DNA from: Octopus sinensis
Lineage: Eukaryota
DNA: 64,000 bases
Direction: 5' to 3'
Assembly: GCF_006345805.1 (NCBI RefSeq)
Contig: NC_043002.1
Location: 117,428,001-117,492,000 of the forward strand
Shown piece after piece: positions 49,732-63,816 of this stretch (positions are counted from its first letter, which is position 1; the number at the start of each line of letters is the position of its first letter). The notes below the pieces were generated by a model. It was not told where the DNA came from. It did not search any database and saw only the letters and a program-made list of their open reading frames with translations. A program made the translations under genes and the position numbers.

Positions 49732-51489
49732 TCTCACTCGCCTCTAGGTCAATGTGGAAGTTTCTATGCGTTCGTTTCACCTGCTGGAAATAGCAGTCAA
49801 ATCAACCCCAGAAGAAAGATAAACTCTACCGTTCTAAATAAAGATGAATACACAGTTTATAGAAGAAGGGTGGGTCACGGCTGTAACGCCTCTGCTCATA
49901 GATTTGCGGTAGCAGTGGTGCTGCTGCTACTGGTGGTAGTGCAGGCGGTGGCCGTGGCAGTGGTGGTGGTGTTGGTGTTGGTGGTGGTAGTAGTGATGGT
50001 GGCGTTGTTGGTGGTGCCGGTGGTAGCGGTGCTGCAGCTTGTGCGTGGTGCTGTTGCCGGTATTAGTGAAAGTGCTAGTGGTTGTAGTGGTTGTAGTGGT
50101 GGTGGTGGTACCCTCCCACTTGATATGACCTGTTGTCCCTGCCCCGTCCACAACATAGGTGACCCTGTTACAGTAGTATATCGACGAAGGTTAACGCCAC
50201 ACAGACAACTTCTGCCTTCGCTGTTACCACCACCACCACCACCACCACTGTCACCACCACTGGAGCCATAAAAAACCACCTCCAAGCACGCCTTAACTAC
50301 GACCACCATCACCATCACCGCCTATACCACTTGTGACTTAATATCACTACCACCATCATCATCACCATCAACAACACCCTCGCCACTTACCTCCATCGTC
50401 ATCGTCGTTACTAACACCACCACCATCAGCGATCACAATACACGCGTGCGCGCACACTCACGCTGACTCTCAGAATCATATATACATACATGCCCATGCG
50501 TGCACATGCATACGCACACAAACTATACACTTGCAGGCAGACACACGCACACACACAAACACTCACTCACACACACACACACAACATCGACGCATACGCA
50601 CTCACACGCTTATGCTAACACACATGCATGCCCATGCACGCACATGCACGCGCACATACATACACACGCACAAAACGCACGCACAACATCAACATACATG
50701 CACATAAACACATATATAGCATGTCCATACATGCATATACATTCGCACACAATAAATTATAATCACACGAAATATCGACCTCCCCCGCACACACACACAC
50801 ACACACACACACACAGTCTATACGGATTTGAATGTTGATCTTGTTAAATATCCGGTGTAGGATTTTACCGAAAATGATGTATTTCACCCGAAGGTAGCTA
50901 TCGTGCGTTACCCAGCTAACCACCCGAGGGTAGTGGAACCCCCAAAGAAGCCTCTATGACGACCCAGCAAGGGTAGGTAGCCTCTTACATAACCGTTCAA
51001 TGATTAGAAATAGCAGCTTGTCTCCCTCGAATTAAGCTGTATTGAAATGTCTTAAAACAAAATCAAAAAACTATTGTATTATGTTGACATAGATACAATA
51101 ATACTGGTGGTGGTGGTGGGGAAATTACCAGTGGAAGGTGATGGTCACGGTGGGAACACGGTTTGTTCATGGGCTGACTGTGGGCTAAACAAAAACAATC
51201 CAAAGGTGATGCTGTAATTGCGGAAACAAGTCAGAACGTTTTTGTACACCGGGATTTCCCGGAACACATGTCCGGCCATAGAATCCTTATAGTCTCTCTC
51301 TGTCCCCACTCTGTCCCCCTCTTTATCTTTCTCTCGCTCCTCCTCTCTCCCTCATCTCCTCTCCCTCTCTCTCTTTCACTCACCCCTCTCTCTATATATA
51401 CTGTTATGTCTGGGGAGAGTCATTCTCTGTTAGTGCCTTATAATTTAACATACTCACCGGTAAAATTTCCACTTATTTCTTATTTTTTG

Positions 51490-51819
51490 TAAGGACTTAT
51501 TCTTTGTAAGCCTAGTACTTATTCTATCGTTCTCTTTTGCCGAACCGCTAAGTTACGAGGACGTAAACACACCAGCATCGGTTGTCAAGCGATGTTGGGG
51601 GGGGGGACAACCACAGACACACAAACACACACATATATATACATATATATAATATTATCGACGGGCTTCTTTCATTTTCCATCTACCAATCCCCTCACAA
51701 GGCTTTGGTCGGCCCGAGCTATAGTAGAAGACACTTGCCCAAGATGCCACGCAGTGGGACTGAACCCGGAACCATGTGGTAGGTGAGCAAGCTACTACCA
51801 CAACACAGCCACTCCTACG

Positions 51820-51822
<3 letters not shown>
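51490..51822 (-). mobile_element. tRNA-derived SINE family A
   Basis: Minus strand aggcgtaggagtggctgtgttgtggtag..ggttcagtcccactgcgtggcatcttgggcaagtgtc. Confidence 0.8.
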
Positions 51823-51868
<46 letters not shown>

Positions 51869-52127
51869 TATATATGTGTGTGTAAACAACACATATATAT
51901 GTATGTATATGCATATATGGACGTCTCACAAAACGTAAACAACATGAAATACGAAGACAAACTTGGGTATGCGGACAACGAGACAAACAACTGATGGAGG
52001 GTCGTTCTTTATGTTACTTGTTTTCCAGTTGTTTCTTTCGTTTTGTTGTGTCTTCGTCATGTTGTTTACGTTTTGTGAGACGGTCCTGTACCCATATATG
52101 CATTACATACTATATATGTATGTATGC

Positions 52128-52158
<31 letters not shown>

Positions 52159-53024
52159 ATATTATATACAATATATATATATTATATATATATATATATA
52201 TTATATATATATATATAAATTATATAAAACTTAGACATGCTTCGGCAAAGACTGGCCCAAGCCATGTCTAACTTAATAGCACCACCTGATAGGATCTGTT
52301 AATTCAGTTTTAGGCCAAGTTTCGTGATATGATGGTAGCTTCAAGTATAAAGTTGATGTTGAGTGAGCTGTATCCAGGTATAGGTGGCTTACCTGGAATT
52401 TCTTGAAAAAAATTGTCCTGGTTTCGTTTGAAGAAAATAGAATTTTTTTTTCCTTTTTGATTGGTTTTAGGGCAACGTTAAATAGAACAGCGGCTGTTGA
52501 GAAAAAGAAATTGTGTTGAACTGAAGTTATGTGATGTGATCCTGAATTGCGTAAGGGGCGTGTGTGTAGGTGTATCTTTGTGTCTGTGTCTGCGCGCTAC
52601 TACCGCTTGATAACTGGTGTTGGTTTGTTTACGATCCACATAATTCAGCGGTTCGGTAAAATATTCGAATAGAGTAAATTACAGGCTTTAAAATAAAATA
52701 AGGACTTGTATCGATTAGTTCGACTAGAATATTATGTATATATATATTCTTCTTTATTCTTTTACTTGTTTCAATCATTTGACTGCGGCCATGCTGGAGC
52801 ACCGCCTTTAGTCGAACAAATCGACACCAGGACTTATTCTTTGTAAGCCTAGTTCTTATTTTATTGGTCTCTTTTGCAGAAACTCTAAGTACGGGGACAA
52901 ACACAGACACACAATTATATATATATATATATATATATGTAGGTCCCGGGTTGATCCGGGGTTAACCACAGTAAGTAAGGTACTCAATACATAGCAGAGT
53001 AAAATTAATTTATTATATAGAAGG

Positions 53025-53073
53025 AGCTTCTACAGGACTAGTACTGTTTCATAAGAGAAATCTTCAGGAAGCT
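53025..53073 (-). ncRNA. Hammerhead, left arm (stem II damaged by a 2-nt deletion)
   Basis: AGCUUC-CUGAAGA-UUUCUCUUAU-GAAA-CAG(UACUAGUC)CUG-U-A-GAAGCU. Confidence 0.6.
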
Positions 53074-53120
53074 TCCTGAAGATTTCTCTTGAATGAAACA
53101 GTACTAGTCCTGTAGAAGCT
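53070..53120 (+). ncRNA. Type I hammerhead, right arm
   Basis: Stem I AGCUUC:GAAGCU; CUGAAGA; stem II U-UUC(UCUU)GAA-U; GAAA; stem III ACAG:CUGU with an ACUAGU palindrome in the loop; GUA. Confidence 0.75.
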
Positions 53121-53165
53121 CCTTCTAATAATAAAATATATATATATATATATATATACGACGAG

Positions 53166-53197
<32 letters not shown>

Positions 53198-53267
53198 TGT
53201 ATCCATTAACCTTCGAACAAGGGAGGTCAGTCGCTCCACACTAACTTAAGGCGATGGCCTCATGGAG

Positions 53268-53301
<34 letters not shown>

Positions 53302-53475
53302 GACGGGCTTCTTTCAGTTTCCGTCTACCAAATACAATCACAAGGCATTGGTTCGTCCGAGGCTACAGTTGAAGACACTTGCCCAAGGTGACATGTAGTG
53401 GGACTGAACCCGGAACCAGGTGGTTGGGAAGTAAGCTTCTTACCACACAGTCACTCCTGCGCCTATATATATATA

Positions 53476-53867
53476 CTAGCAGTATCGCCCGGCGTTGCTC
53501 GGGTTTGTTCCAACCCTTTAGAATTGTAATTTTTGAAAAGTAAAAATTTTGCATTATGTAGCTTGTTATTCTCTTTAAGTGAACATTTTTCTGGTTGAAA
53601 TACACCGAAAAATGGCGACAGAGCAGTCAAAAAATCGTAAAAAAATAGGGATTTTCAAAGAAAAAAAAAGCATCTTTTTGATGTAAATAATTTTTGGTGT
53701 TAACATGGTCCGATTTGAATTTTTTCTTCTACGGAAGGAAGAGCAAGCCTTCTATCATACTCTCAGTTTTGGTCAACTTGTGCCGCAGGGTCTCGGAAGA
53801 GATAGTGTTATTTGAAGGCTACCAAACCTGCCATACACAGACAACTTTAGCTTTATATAGAGAGAGA
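53476..53867 (-). mobile_element. Non-autonomous Helitron, 392 bp
   Basis: Minus strand A|TCTCTCTCTATATAAAGC.. 5' end; 3' cccgagcaacgccggg hairpin and CTAG|T. Confidence 0.75.
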
Positions 53868-54361
53868 TAACTTTAAGTTAGCCCTTGTTTCATACGTTCT
53901 GAATAATATAAGCTCTGCTTTCATAAGTCCCAAGTTTCTGTGGCGGTTGAGAAAAACTGGGAATTTGCATCATATACGATGCACAAAGTCAGGGAAATGT
54001 GTCCTGTGTTTGCCATGCAATACACAGGAGTAATACAAAGGACAGGCAAAGACTTATTTATAAAGACTACATAGTGGATTCGCCCTTATCTAATTTAGAA
54101 TATACGCATGTACACCGAGGAAGTTACATGATTATATACATACGATAAAATATACATCAATATTACATCTCACTCTCTCCCTCTCAATACGTGTGTGTGT
54201 GTGTGTGTGCGTGTGTGTGCGTGTGTGTGCGTGTGTGTGCGTGTGTGCGTGTATCTATGATTCCATAAGAACATGTAATTATATATCAATCAAGGTAACT
54301 ATAGATACTACTAATAAACATCAACTAAGAGGCGGAAGTGAATACCCACCACATGCGTACA

Positions 54362-54393
<32 letters not shown>

Positions 54394-54592
54394 CATACAT
54401 ACATACATGCATACACACACATACATTTATATACATACACAAACACACCCATACAAACACATACATAGATTTATAAATATAAATATCGTGTAAGTGTGTG
54501 TGTGTGTGTGTTAAATGTGACACTTGATTGACCATCAGTTACCAGAGATGAGTAACAACACTGTATTGTTATTAACTGAGAGAGAAAGTAAA

Positions 54593-54630
<38 letters not shown>

Positions 54631-54718
54631 AAGAATAAAATGTAATTGCTATACAGGAGAATTGAACGTCGCTTGCGGAATGAACTCGCAAGAATCCATC
54701 ACGTATGCCATAGTATAC

Positions 54719-54782
<64 letters not shown>

Positions 54783-54783
<1 letters not shown>

Positions 54784-56266
54784 GCCCCCTCTCGGCGCTT
54801 CTATACGTATTGACTCTTGAACCACTACTGCGGAAGCTGGCGACTCTGAGGGGCATCCCGCGACAATTGGGATGCGGGACGAGCGTGTCTGCATACGCGG
54901 ACGACGTCACCGTAATAGTGTCAAGCCACGAGCACATCGAGCTGGTCGGCGAGACACTGAAAGACTACGAAGCGGTGACAGGAGCAAAAGGGGTAAGTCA
55001 GTGGGCTTGCGGCTCGGCACCTGGAGAAGCAAGCCCATAGAGACTGCGACATCTCCGGCTCTATGTAGACGACGGTGAACAGGTGTGGTCGCCGTTTGTG
55101 AGGCACGCGTTCCAGCAGCTCGTCTCCGTGACCGAACTGCAGTCGTGGATCAAAAAGAGGCCGAGGAAGGGCGAATGGCACCGCGAGTGTCGCGTTGCTC
55201 TCAGCAACTCTGCCGTCCCGGGTCAACCTGAGTGACTTCAAAAACAACCAAAGCATCTATAGGGATTAGTGGAGGGGAGGTACGACGACGATCTTGGGGC
55301 AAACCTGGGCGTCGACGAGGAATACCTGACCCGCCTGTTTGAAACGACTTTCGGGCCGGGACCTATGGACAACTTCCAGATTCCCTGGCCTGGAGTGCTG
55401 CGTGCTACCGAGAAGCGCTACCCGTTCGGGATAAGCTCTATAGGCATGGCTCGAGAAACACGGGGCCGACCTGCCCGAGATGCGGGCAGAGCGACGAAAC
55501 CGTTCTGCACGCACTCGTGCAGTGTCCAACAATCTCCGACCTGTGGGCTTATGTCGAACGACTGCTGTCACGTGTGGGACGTGTCGGTCTATCAGCCGAG
55601 TCTATCGTCAATATTGTCACGCCTCCTTCCTTCAAACGGGAAGGAAGAGCTATTTTCATCATCCTTGGACTATGGCGAAAGAATGTATTGGTGGGACGCG
55701 CCTGAAAGGATTGGAGACAAAACACTTTCCTCTCTGGTCAATCTCTCATCAACTTCTTCAAGTATCACTTGAAGAGGAAAGTGAGAGTAGAGAGGCAAGT
55801 TGTCTAGTGAATGTTTTAAAAAAAGATGGTGGTGAATGTAAGCAAGGATGGCATGTATGAATGACGAAGCCACCTTGACTATGATTCTATGAACCGTAAA
55901 AATTAATACAGAGAGTTGCTTATTTGGAAAAAAAATAAATATATATATATATATATATAACATGTGACTTCATTGACCGAGGTTACCGTGGTCCTTTCCG
56001 TAGGCTTTTCTTTCCACGGGTAAACCTCACCTGTCCTCCCCTTTACACTTCATATTGACATTTCTATGATAACGATCCCTATTGATCCAATTCCCCCCCC
56101 TTTTTTTTTTTTATTTTTTTCATCCCCCCCTTTTTGTCCTCTTTCTTTCCATTTCCGATCCCTTTTGATCGAAAACTAAACCTCCTTTTTTTACCGCCAA
56201 AAGAAAAGCTCTACCTTGTAATTTTGTCCTGTCTGTGTGCAGCCCTGTGTGGCTAATAAAGAAACA
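54783..56266 (+). mobile_element. Tx1/L1-clade LINE, 5'-truncated and internally deleted, in (TATC)n
   Basis: CPLSALLYVLTLEPLLRKL, SAYADDVTV, CPRCGQSDETVLHALVQCP. Pyrimidine-rich 3' UTR, AATAAA, then (TATC)n. Confidence 0.85.
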
Positions 56267-56340
<74 letters not shown>

Positions 56341-56346
56341 ACTATC

Positions 56347-57727
56347 TGACCGTCGTGCCTTGTCCCGACCCTACCATCACCAAACTAGAACGCATTCTCT
56401 TTCGCTTCTTGTGGAAAGGATGCGTCCCGATGGTCAGGCGATCCATTTGCTGTCAACACCCTTTAAAAGGAGGACTGGGCATACCGTGGTTGATGATGCG
56501 CAGACACGCGCTGAGACTGCGACATCTCAAGCTCTTCGTAGACGACGGTGAACAGGTGTGGTCGCCGTTTGTGTGGCACGCTTTCCGCAGCTCATCTCCA
56601 TGACCGAACTGCAATCGTGGATCAAAAAGAGGTCGAGGAAGGGCGAATGGCACCGCGAGTGTCGCGTTGCTCTCAAGCAACTCTGCCGTCCTGGGTCAAC
56701 ATTGAGTGACTCCATCACAACTAAAGCATTCTATAGGGGATTAGTGGAGGGGAGGTACGACGACGAGCTCGGAACGAACCTGGACGTCGACGAGGAATAC
56801 CTGACCCGCCTGTTCGGGACGACTTTCGGGTCAGGGCCCATGGACAACTTCCAGAGATCCCTGGCCTGGCAGTGCTACCGAGAAGCGCTACACGACTCGA
56901 GAAACACGGGGCCGACCTGCCCGAGATGCGGGCAGAGCGACGAAACCGTTCTGCACGCACTCGTGCAGTGTCCAACAATCTCCGACCTGTGGGCTTATGT
57001 CGAACAACTGCTGTCACGTGTGGGACGAGTCGGTTTATCAGCTGAGTCTATCGTCAATATTGTCACGCCTCCTTCCTTCAAACGGGAAGGAAGAGCTATT
57101 TTCATCATCCTTGTGGCTATGGCGAAAGAATGTATCTGGTGGACGCGCCTGAAAGGATTGGAGACAAACACTTTCCTCTATGGTCAATCTCTCATCAACT
57201 TCTTCAAGTACTTTTTTTTAAAAAAAGATGGGTGAATGTAGCAAGGATGGCACGTATGAATGACGAAGCCACATTGAGCATAATCCTATGAACCCAGAAA
57301 TTGAAAACAGAGGGTTACCCACTTGCAAACAAATGTGGTAACATATAACAATATTGACCGAGGTTACCGTGGTCTTTTTCGTAGGCTTTTCTTCCCACGG
57401 ATAAACCTTACTTGCTTTCCCCTTTACACCATATATCATAACACTGTGATACACGATCCCTATTGATCGTTTTTTTTTCCTCTTCCCCTTTTTTCCCCTT
57501 TTCTTCTTTTTTCATTTCTCTTTTCTTTTGTTCCTTTTCCTTTTCCTCTTTTTTATTTAAAAAATTTTTTATTTTATTTTATTTTTTTTTTGTTCTTTTC
57601 TTCCCTTTTACGATCCCTCTTGAACGAAAACCTACGCCACCCCCTTTTTTTTTCATCCCCCAAAAGAAAAGCTCTACCTTGTAATTTGTCCCATCTGTGT
57701 GCAGCCCTGTGTGGCCAATAAAGAAAC
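56347..57727 (+). mobile_element. Second Tx1-like copy in tandem, in (TATC)n
   Basis: TVVPCP..LERILFRFLWKG..HPLKGGLG, FQRSLAWQC, CPRCGQSDETVLHALVQCP. Same 3' terminus gcagccctgtgtggc.aataaagaaac. Confidence 0.87.
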
Positions 57728-57745
57728 TTATCTGTCTATCTATCA

Positions 57746-57779
<34 letters not shown>

Positions 57780-57821
57780 TACTATCTATCTATCTATCTA
57801 TCTATTACTATCATCCATATC

Positions 57822-57889
<68 letters not shown>

Positions 57890-57892
57890 TTT

Positions 57893-57970
<78 letters not shown>

Positions 57971-57979
57971 CATCCATCC

Positions 57980-58033
<54 letters not shown>

Positions 58034-58044
58034 TCTATCTATTT

Positions 58045-58112
<68 letters not shown>

Positions 58113-58140
58113 ACTATCTATCTATCTATCTATCTATCTG
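57728..58140. repeat. (TATC)n microsatellite
   Basis: Direct reading. Confidence 0.97.
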
Positions 58141-58785
58141 CTAATCAATTTGTACGAATGTGTGCATGTATATATATATGAATTATGGATTCAGTGTTAT
58201 CACATATATTACACATGTTGAACCTTGCATACTGTTATGTACATTGACGCTACAATGCTGACAGACGCAAACAGACATGCTCACACATACGGGTAACATT
58301 TCATTAAACACGATATGAGTTACAATCACAGTGAAGATTCGCAAAACATTCCGAAGATACTTTATCTTGAGTCTCTCAGTAAAAGAAATGGTTATGCATA
58401 CCTTCAGACGTGCATGCCGTATAGATACACCACACGCATACATATACACCAAGTGCAATAAGCAAGCATAAGCTCTCGTATAAAGATACATATACATCCA
58501 TCATATGGATGAGTGCACTCGTTGTTTTTCATAAATGCAAAAATATATAAAGACAATTCTGTTTATACTAAGTTCCCTCCAAATCTGTGCATTTGTTCGC
58601 GCGCACATGGATTTTGCAATCTGCGTACAAAGAAAAAAATGTGCACGTATAAGGTTTTCAAGATGAAATTGAAATTTTTTAAATTGTAGGTGGTTATTTA
58701 GCAAGATGTGCATATAATTAGTAAAGAAGGACAAAATCTGCAAATAAACGAATTTTATACGCACACAAACACCCCCCACCACACA

Positions 58786-58829
<44 letters not shown>

Positions 58830-58864
58830 ATATATAATATTATATATATAATATATATAATACC

Positions 58865-59075
58865 TGATGTGAGTATCTTTAAAGCAAAACCGGATCTCCT
58901 CCTATCAAAGATAACTGACGAGCCTACCTCACGGCAGGAAACACAGATGAGGCCAGCACCATTAATCTCCTTATTCACCAAGCGTCACATATCAGAGGAG
59001 CTTTCAAATAATGAAGGTGTAGCACAAATAATGAAGGTGACTGCAGCTTTCCAGCTGAAACTCGTTAAAGTTATA
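58865..59075 (+). mobile_element. Probable CR1-like LINE 3' end, different family
   Basis: SIFKAKPDLLLSKITDEPT resembles the FK..LD..L..IPD.P CR1 terminus; ends in (TA)n. Confidence 0.45.
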
Positions 59076-59078
59076 TAC

Positions 59079-59131
<53 letters not shown>

Positions 59132-59341
59132 ATGTAAATAGAAAGATGAATAATCTTGTAGTAGATTAATCAAAAGTTTAACCGATACCTTAGTAGCAAA
59201 ATCACAGCAGTAACAGCACGGTTGGAGGTACAACCATCTGCGTTGCAACCGTGCGTTGGTGCGGATAATTGAAATTAAAACATTATGGTGAATTGAAGAA
59301 ATGGAGCTGAACGCAGATTGAACAGAAATCGTTTTATTTCA

Positions 59342-59420
59342 TTCTACACGTGTTTCGAAAGGCACAAATAACCAAAATCCGATTGAATAATGGGACCATA
59401 TTGTGTCTTTCTCTTCAGGA
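59342..59420 (-). ncRNA. Type I hammerhead (stem I shortened at the junction)
   Basis: CUGAAGA; stem II GAAAG:CUUUC + CACAA:UUGUG enclosing a long loop; GAAA; stem III palindrome ACACGUGU; GUA; GAA. Confidence 0.75.
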
Positions 59421-59434
59421 TTTCCTTTTTCTCC

Positions 59435-59511
59435 TTCCTGAAGAAAGACACAATATGGTCCCATTATTCAATCGGATTTTGGTAATTTGTGCCTTCGAAA
59501 CACGTGTAGAA
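59435..59511 (+). ncRNA. Hammerhead, right arm (small deletions at the base of stem II)
   Basis: UUC:GAA stem I; CUGAAGA-AAGACACAA..UUGUGCCUUC-GAAA-CACGUGU-A. Confidence 0.65.
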
Positions 59512-59584
59512 TGAAATAAAACGATTTCTGTTCAATCTGCGTTCAGCTCCATTTCTTCATTCACCAATAATGTTTTATATATAT

Positions 59585-59647
<63 letters not shown>

Positions 59648-59670
59648 CTATATTATATACATATATATAT

Positions 59671-59775
<105 letters not shown>

Positions 59776-60040
59776 TGTTTGTGATTAAGTGATTGATTGA
59801 ACGATAGTGAATTTCTTTTAGATCTTTGTCTCGTTATTCTGAGTAATCCTTCATTCTAGTAAAGTGGAAAGTACTTGCGGATCCATTGTTTGTGAAGATC
59901 ACTTATATTGATATATAAGTCGGCTTTTCTTCTTAGATACTCTTATTTGGCTTAGATAGCGCTTAGATATCGGCTTTGGGAGGTTCTGTCACACACACAC
60001 ACACAATACTAATAATAATAATAATAATAATAATGATAAT

Positions 60041-60519
<479 letters not shown>

Positions 60520-60961
60520 ATTATTATTATTTTATTTATTTGCTACAAGGGCGAAGGATGAGGGGGACAATTCAGAGACAGACATAAAGTGTGGAGGTTT
60601 ACATATAATAATGAAATGATAAATGAAATAAAACGCATACACGGTATACAGTGGAAAGGAAGAAACGCATTGAAAGCTACATTAGAAAATAGTAATAATA
60701 ATAATAATAATTGATGAAGGAAACACTGTGGAATTCCTGAAGTAGATCCAGCGGAAATATACTCCAACCGAGGATGACATCAGGTAGCCCAACACTGTGA
60801 ACGTGCTTTACTCAACAAACTAATTGACATACGTATTCGTCAAAAATGTTGCGCGCCCGCACACACACACACAGAAACTGGTCTAGATTTAATCAAAGGG
60901 AACTTGTCAACTTGGCTTGTTTTATGCAAAGAATTTAAATAAAAACTCAAGAAAACTTACA

Positions 60962-61979
60962 AGCATATATACATACATACATACATACATACACACATAC
61001 ACACATACATACATACATACATACATACACACATACATACATACATACATACATACATACATACACACATACATACATACATACATACATACACACATAC
61101 ATACATACATACATACATACATACATACATACATACATACATACATACATACATACATACATACATACATACATACATACATACACACACACACATACAT
61201 ACATACATACATACATACATACACACATACATACATTCATTCATACATACATACATACATACATACATACATACATACATACATACATACATACACACAT
61301 ACATACATACATACATACATACATACATACATACATACATTCATTCATACATACATACATACATACATACATACATACACACACACACATACATACATAC
61401 ATACATACATACATACATACATACATACATACACACATACATACATTCATTCATACATACATACATACATACATACATTCATTCATACATACATACATAC
61501 ATACATACATACATACACACATACATACATACATACATACATACATACATACATACGTACATACATACATACATACATACATACATACATACATACGTAC
61601 ATACATACATACATACATACATACATACATACGTACATACATACAACATACATACATACATACATACATACATACATACACACACACATACACACATACA
61701 TACATACATACATACACACATACATACATACATACATACATACATACATACATACATACACACATACATACATACATACATACATACATACATACATACA
61801 TTCATTCATACATACATACATACATACATACATACATACACACATACATACATACATACATACGTACATACAACATACATACATACATACATACATACAT
61901 ACATACATACATACGTACATACATACATACATACATACATACATACGTACATACATACATACATACATACATACATACA

Positions 61980-62010
<31 letters not shown>
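60962..62010. repeat. ~1-kb (TACA)n microsatellite
   Basis: Direct reading; complementary (TATG)n tract at ~63785-64000. Confidence 0.97.
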
Positions 62011-62180
62011 TTATGTTTGAAATGAATCTATGCACGCAGTTGTGTGCCTCTATAAAACACATATATGAAGAGTTGTGATGCACACACGCACGCCTAAAAA
62101 CATAACTATTGAGGAAACTTGTTCGCGCAGAGCATAAGAAGACGGATATCGCTGAATATATGAACGCACTGAATATATAA

Positions 62181-62261
<81 letters not shown>

Positions 62262-63570
62262 GTAAATTATATATATAATTTATATATATTTACAAACCCT
62301 GGGAACTGACTTAACTGACTTAACTAAAGTCTTTTCACTTTGTTTGCGAGCGGCTTGGATTCCATTAAAAAGAACTTAAATATTATATATATATCTTAAA
62401 GAAACACGCATACACACACGCACACACACACACGAACGCGCATGCACACTACCACCACCATACGCACATATACACCAGGTCAGCTTTGATCCAGCAGGCC
62501 CTTTGATCAAAGTCATTTCAGCCGAAACTATTTCACTCATTTGAGAGTTATGCATGCATGGGCATACTGAGTGTTACGATGGTGTTACGGATATAGGGGC
62601 TCAATTCTGATCGATGTATACTGTGGCTTGCTGTTAATAAGTAAACACTATAGGGCCCAATATATTGATTTGTCCTGGGGCCTGTAATTTTGCTAAGTTG
62701 GCTCTGATGCAGGGGCTATAAGGTTGCGAGCTAGCAGAGTCGTTAGCACGTTGGACATTTTTTTCGGTTCTTCACGTTCTGAGTTAAAATCTCGCCGAGG
62801 TTGACCTTGTCTTTTATCTTTTTTTCGAAGTCGATAAAATAAAGTACCAGTCAAGTACTGGGGTCGATGTAATCGACTTATCCCCTCCTCTTAAAATTGG
62901 TCTTGAGCGCTGCTGCGTTGTGATCTCGGTAACTCTTATACCATGGAAACCGAGTATCGAGTCTTATGAGACCTCGGACTCAAAAAAAAAAAAAAAAAAT
63001 GTAGGAGCCATATTATTTGATATGGCTTTTTCCTTATTTAAGACGATATACTGTGGATTGAGGGAGGTGTAGCTAATTTTTTCCTAACAGATCGAATTCG
63101 TGGTGCCGGTGATAAACATACATGTTTCTAGTATAACTTGTGATCTACATTAGTTCAAATGTTATAGTTTGTGATCTACACCGACTTTTTGATCAACATT
63201 TGATCTACATCAATGATTCCTCCTCCTCCTCCTCCTCCTCCTCCTACTACTACTACTACTACTACTACTATTCGGTATTTAATAGTTTCTACTGCATCGC
63301 CTGCCACTCTTTCCGTATTGCTGAGGTGTGTGCAAGCATTGTGTGAGGTCATGTTTGTTTTTTCTTTTGGAGGAGCACAGACTTTTCCCAGTATTGTATT
63401 GCTTCAATTTGTTTTGTTATGAGGGTTTGGTTGCAGTCTTTTGTTGTATTAGTGTTTGTATTGTGTGTAGTGTGTGTAATGCGAATTGTGTTCTACTGTT
63501 GGGTATCCAAATCTGTATTGGGTATCCGACCTGCAGAGCACATATTGTGGTGGAGTTGTTGTTATTGTTG

Positions 63571-63631
<61 letters not shown>

Positions 63632-63785
63632 GTGCCAAAACATACATCTAATGCAAAAACTTTTCAGGGGCTCTTAAAATGCTATTGTGGATTCTTAATT
63701 TGCTATTTTCTTACATAAGATCTCTCCAAAACACTGCTTTACCTGGTTTTCGTCGCGCCCACGGACGACCGAACACGATGTGCAC

Positions 63786-63816
<31 letters not shown>

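Larger units (their letters stand above)
52940..53135. mobile_element. PLE-type mini foldback with back-to-back hammerheads
   Basis: Palindrome ~53019-53126 centred on GAAG|CTTC (53068-53075). Extra tail on the left only. (TA)n flanks. Confidence 0.8.
59129..59577. mobile_element. PLE-type foldback with two divergent hammerheads
   Basis: Arms 59277-59420 and 59437-59577, ~16-nt spacer. ~148-nt tail on the left only. (TA)n on both sides. Confidence 0.82.

Noticed and set aside
51205-51240. GUGAUGC..GGAAACAAGUC hammerhead-like string
   Set aside because: The core lacks C3/A9, and stems I and III do not pair.
60917-62020. 367-aa ORF and overlapping MYVC/HTYI ORFs
   Set aside because: Translations of (TACA)n. 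The same applies to the YI, IYLS, poly-I/N and SL ORFs across the window.
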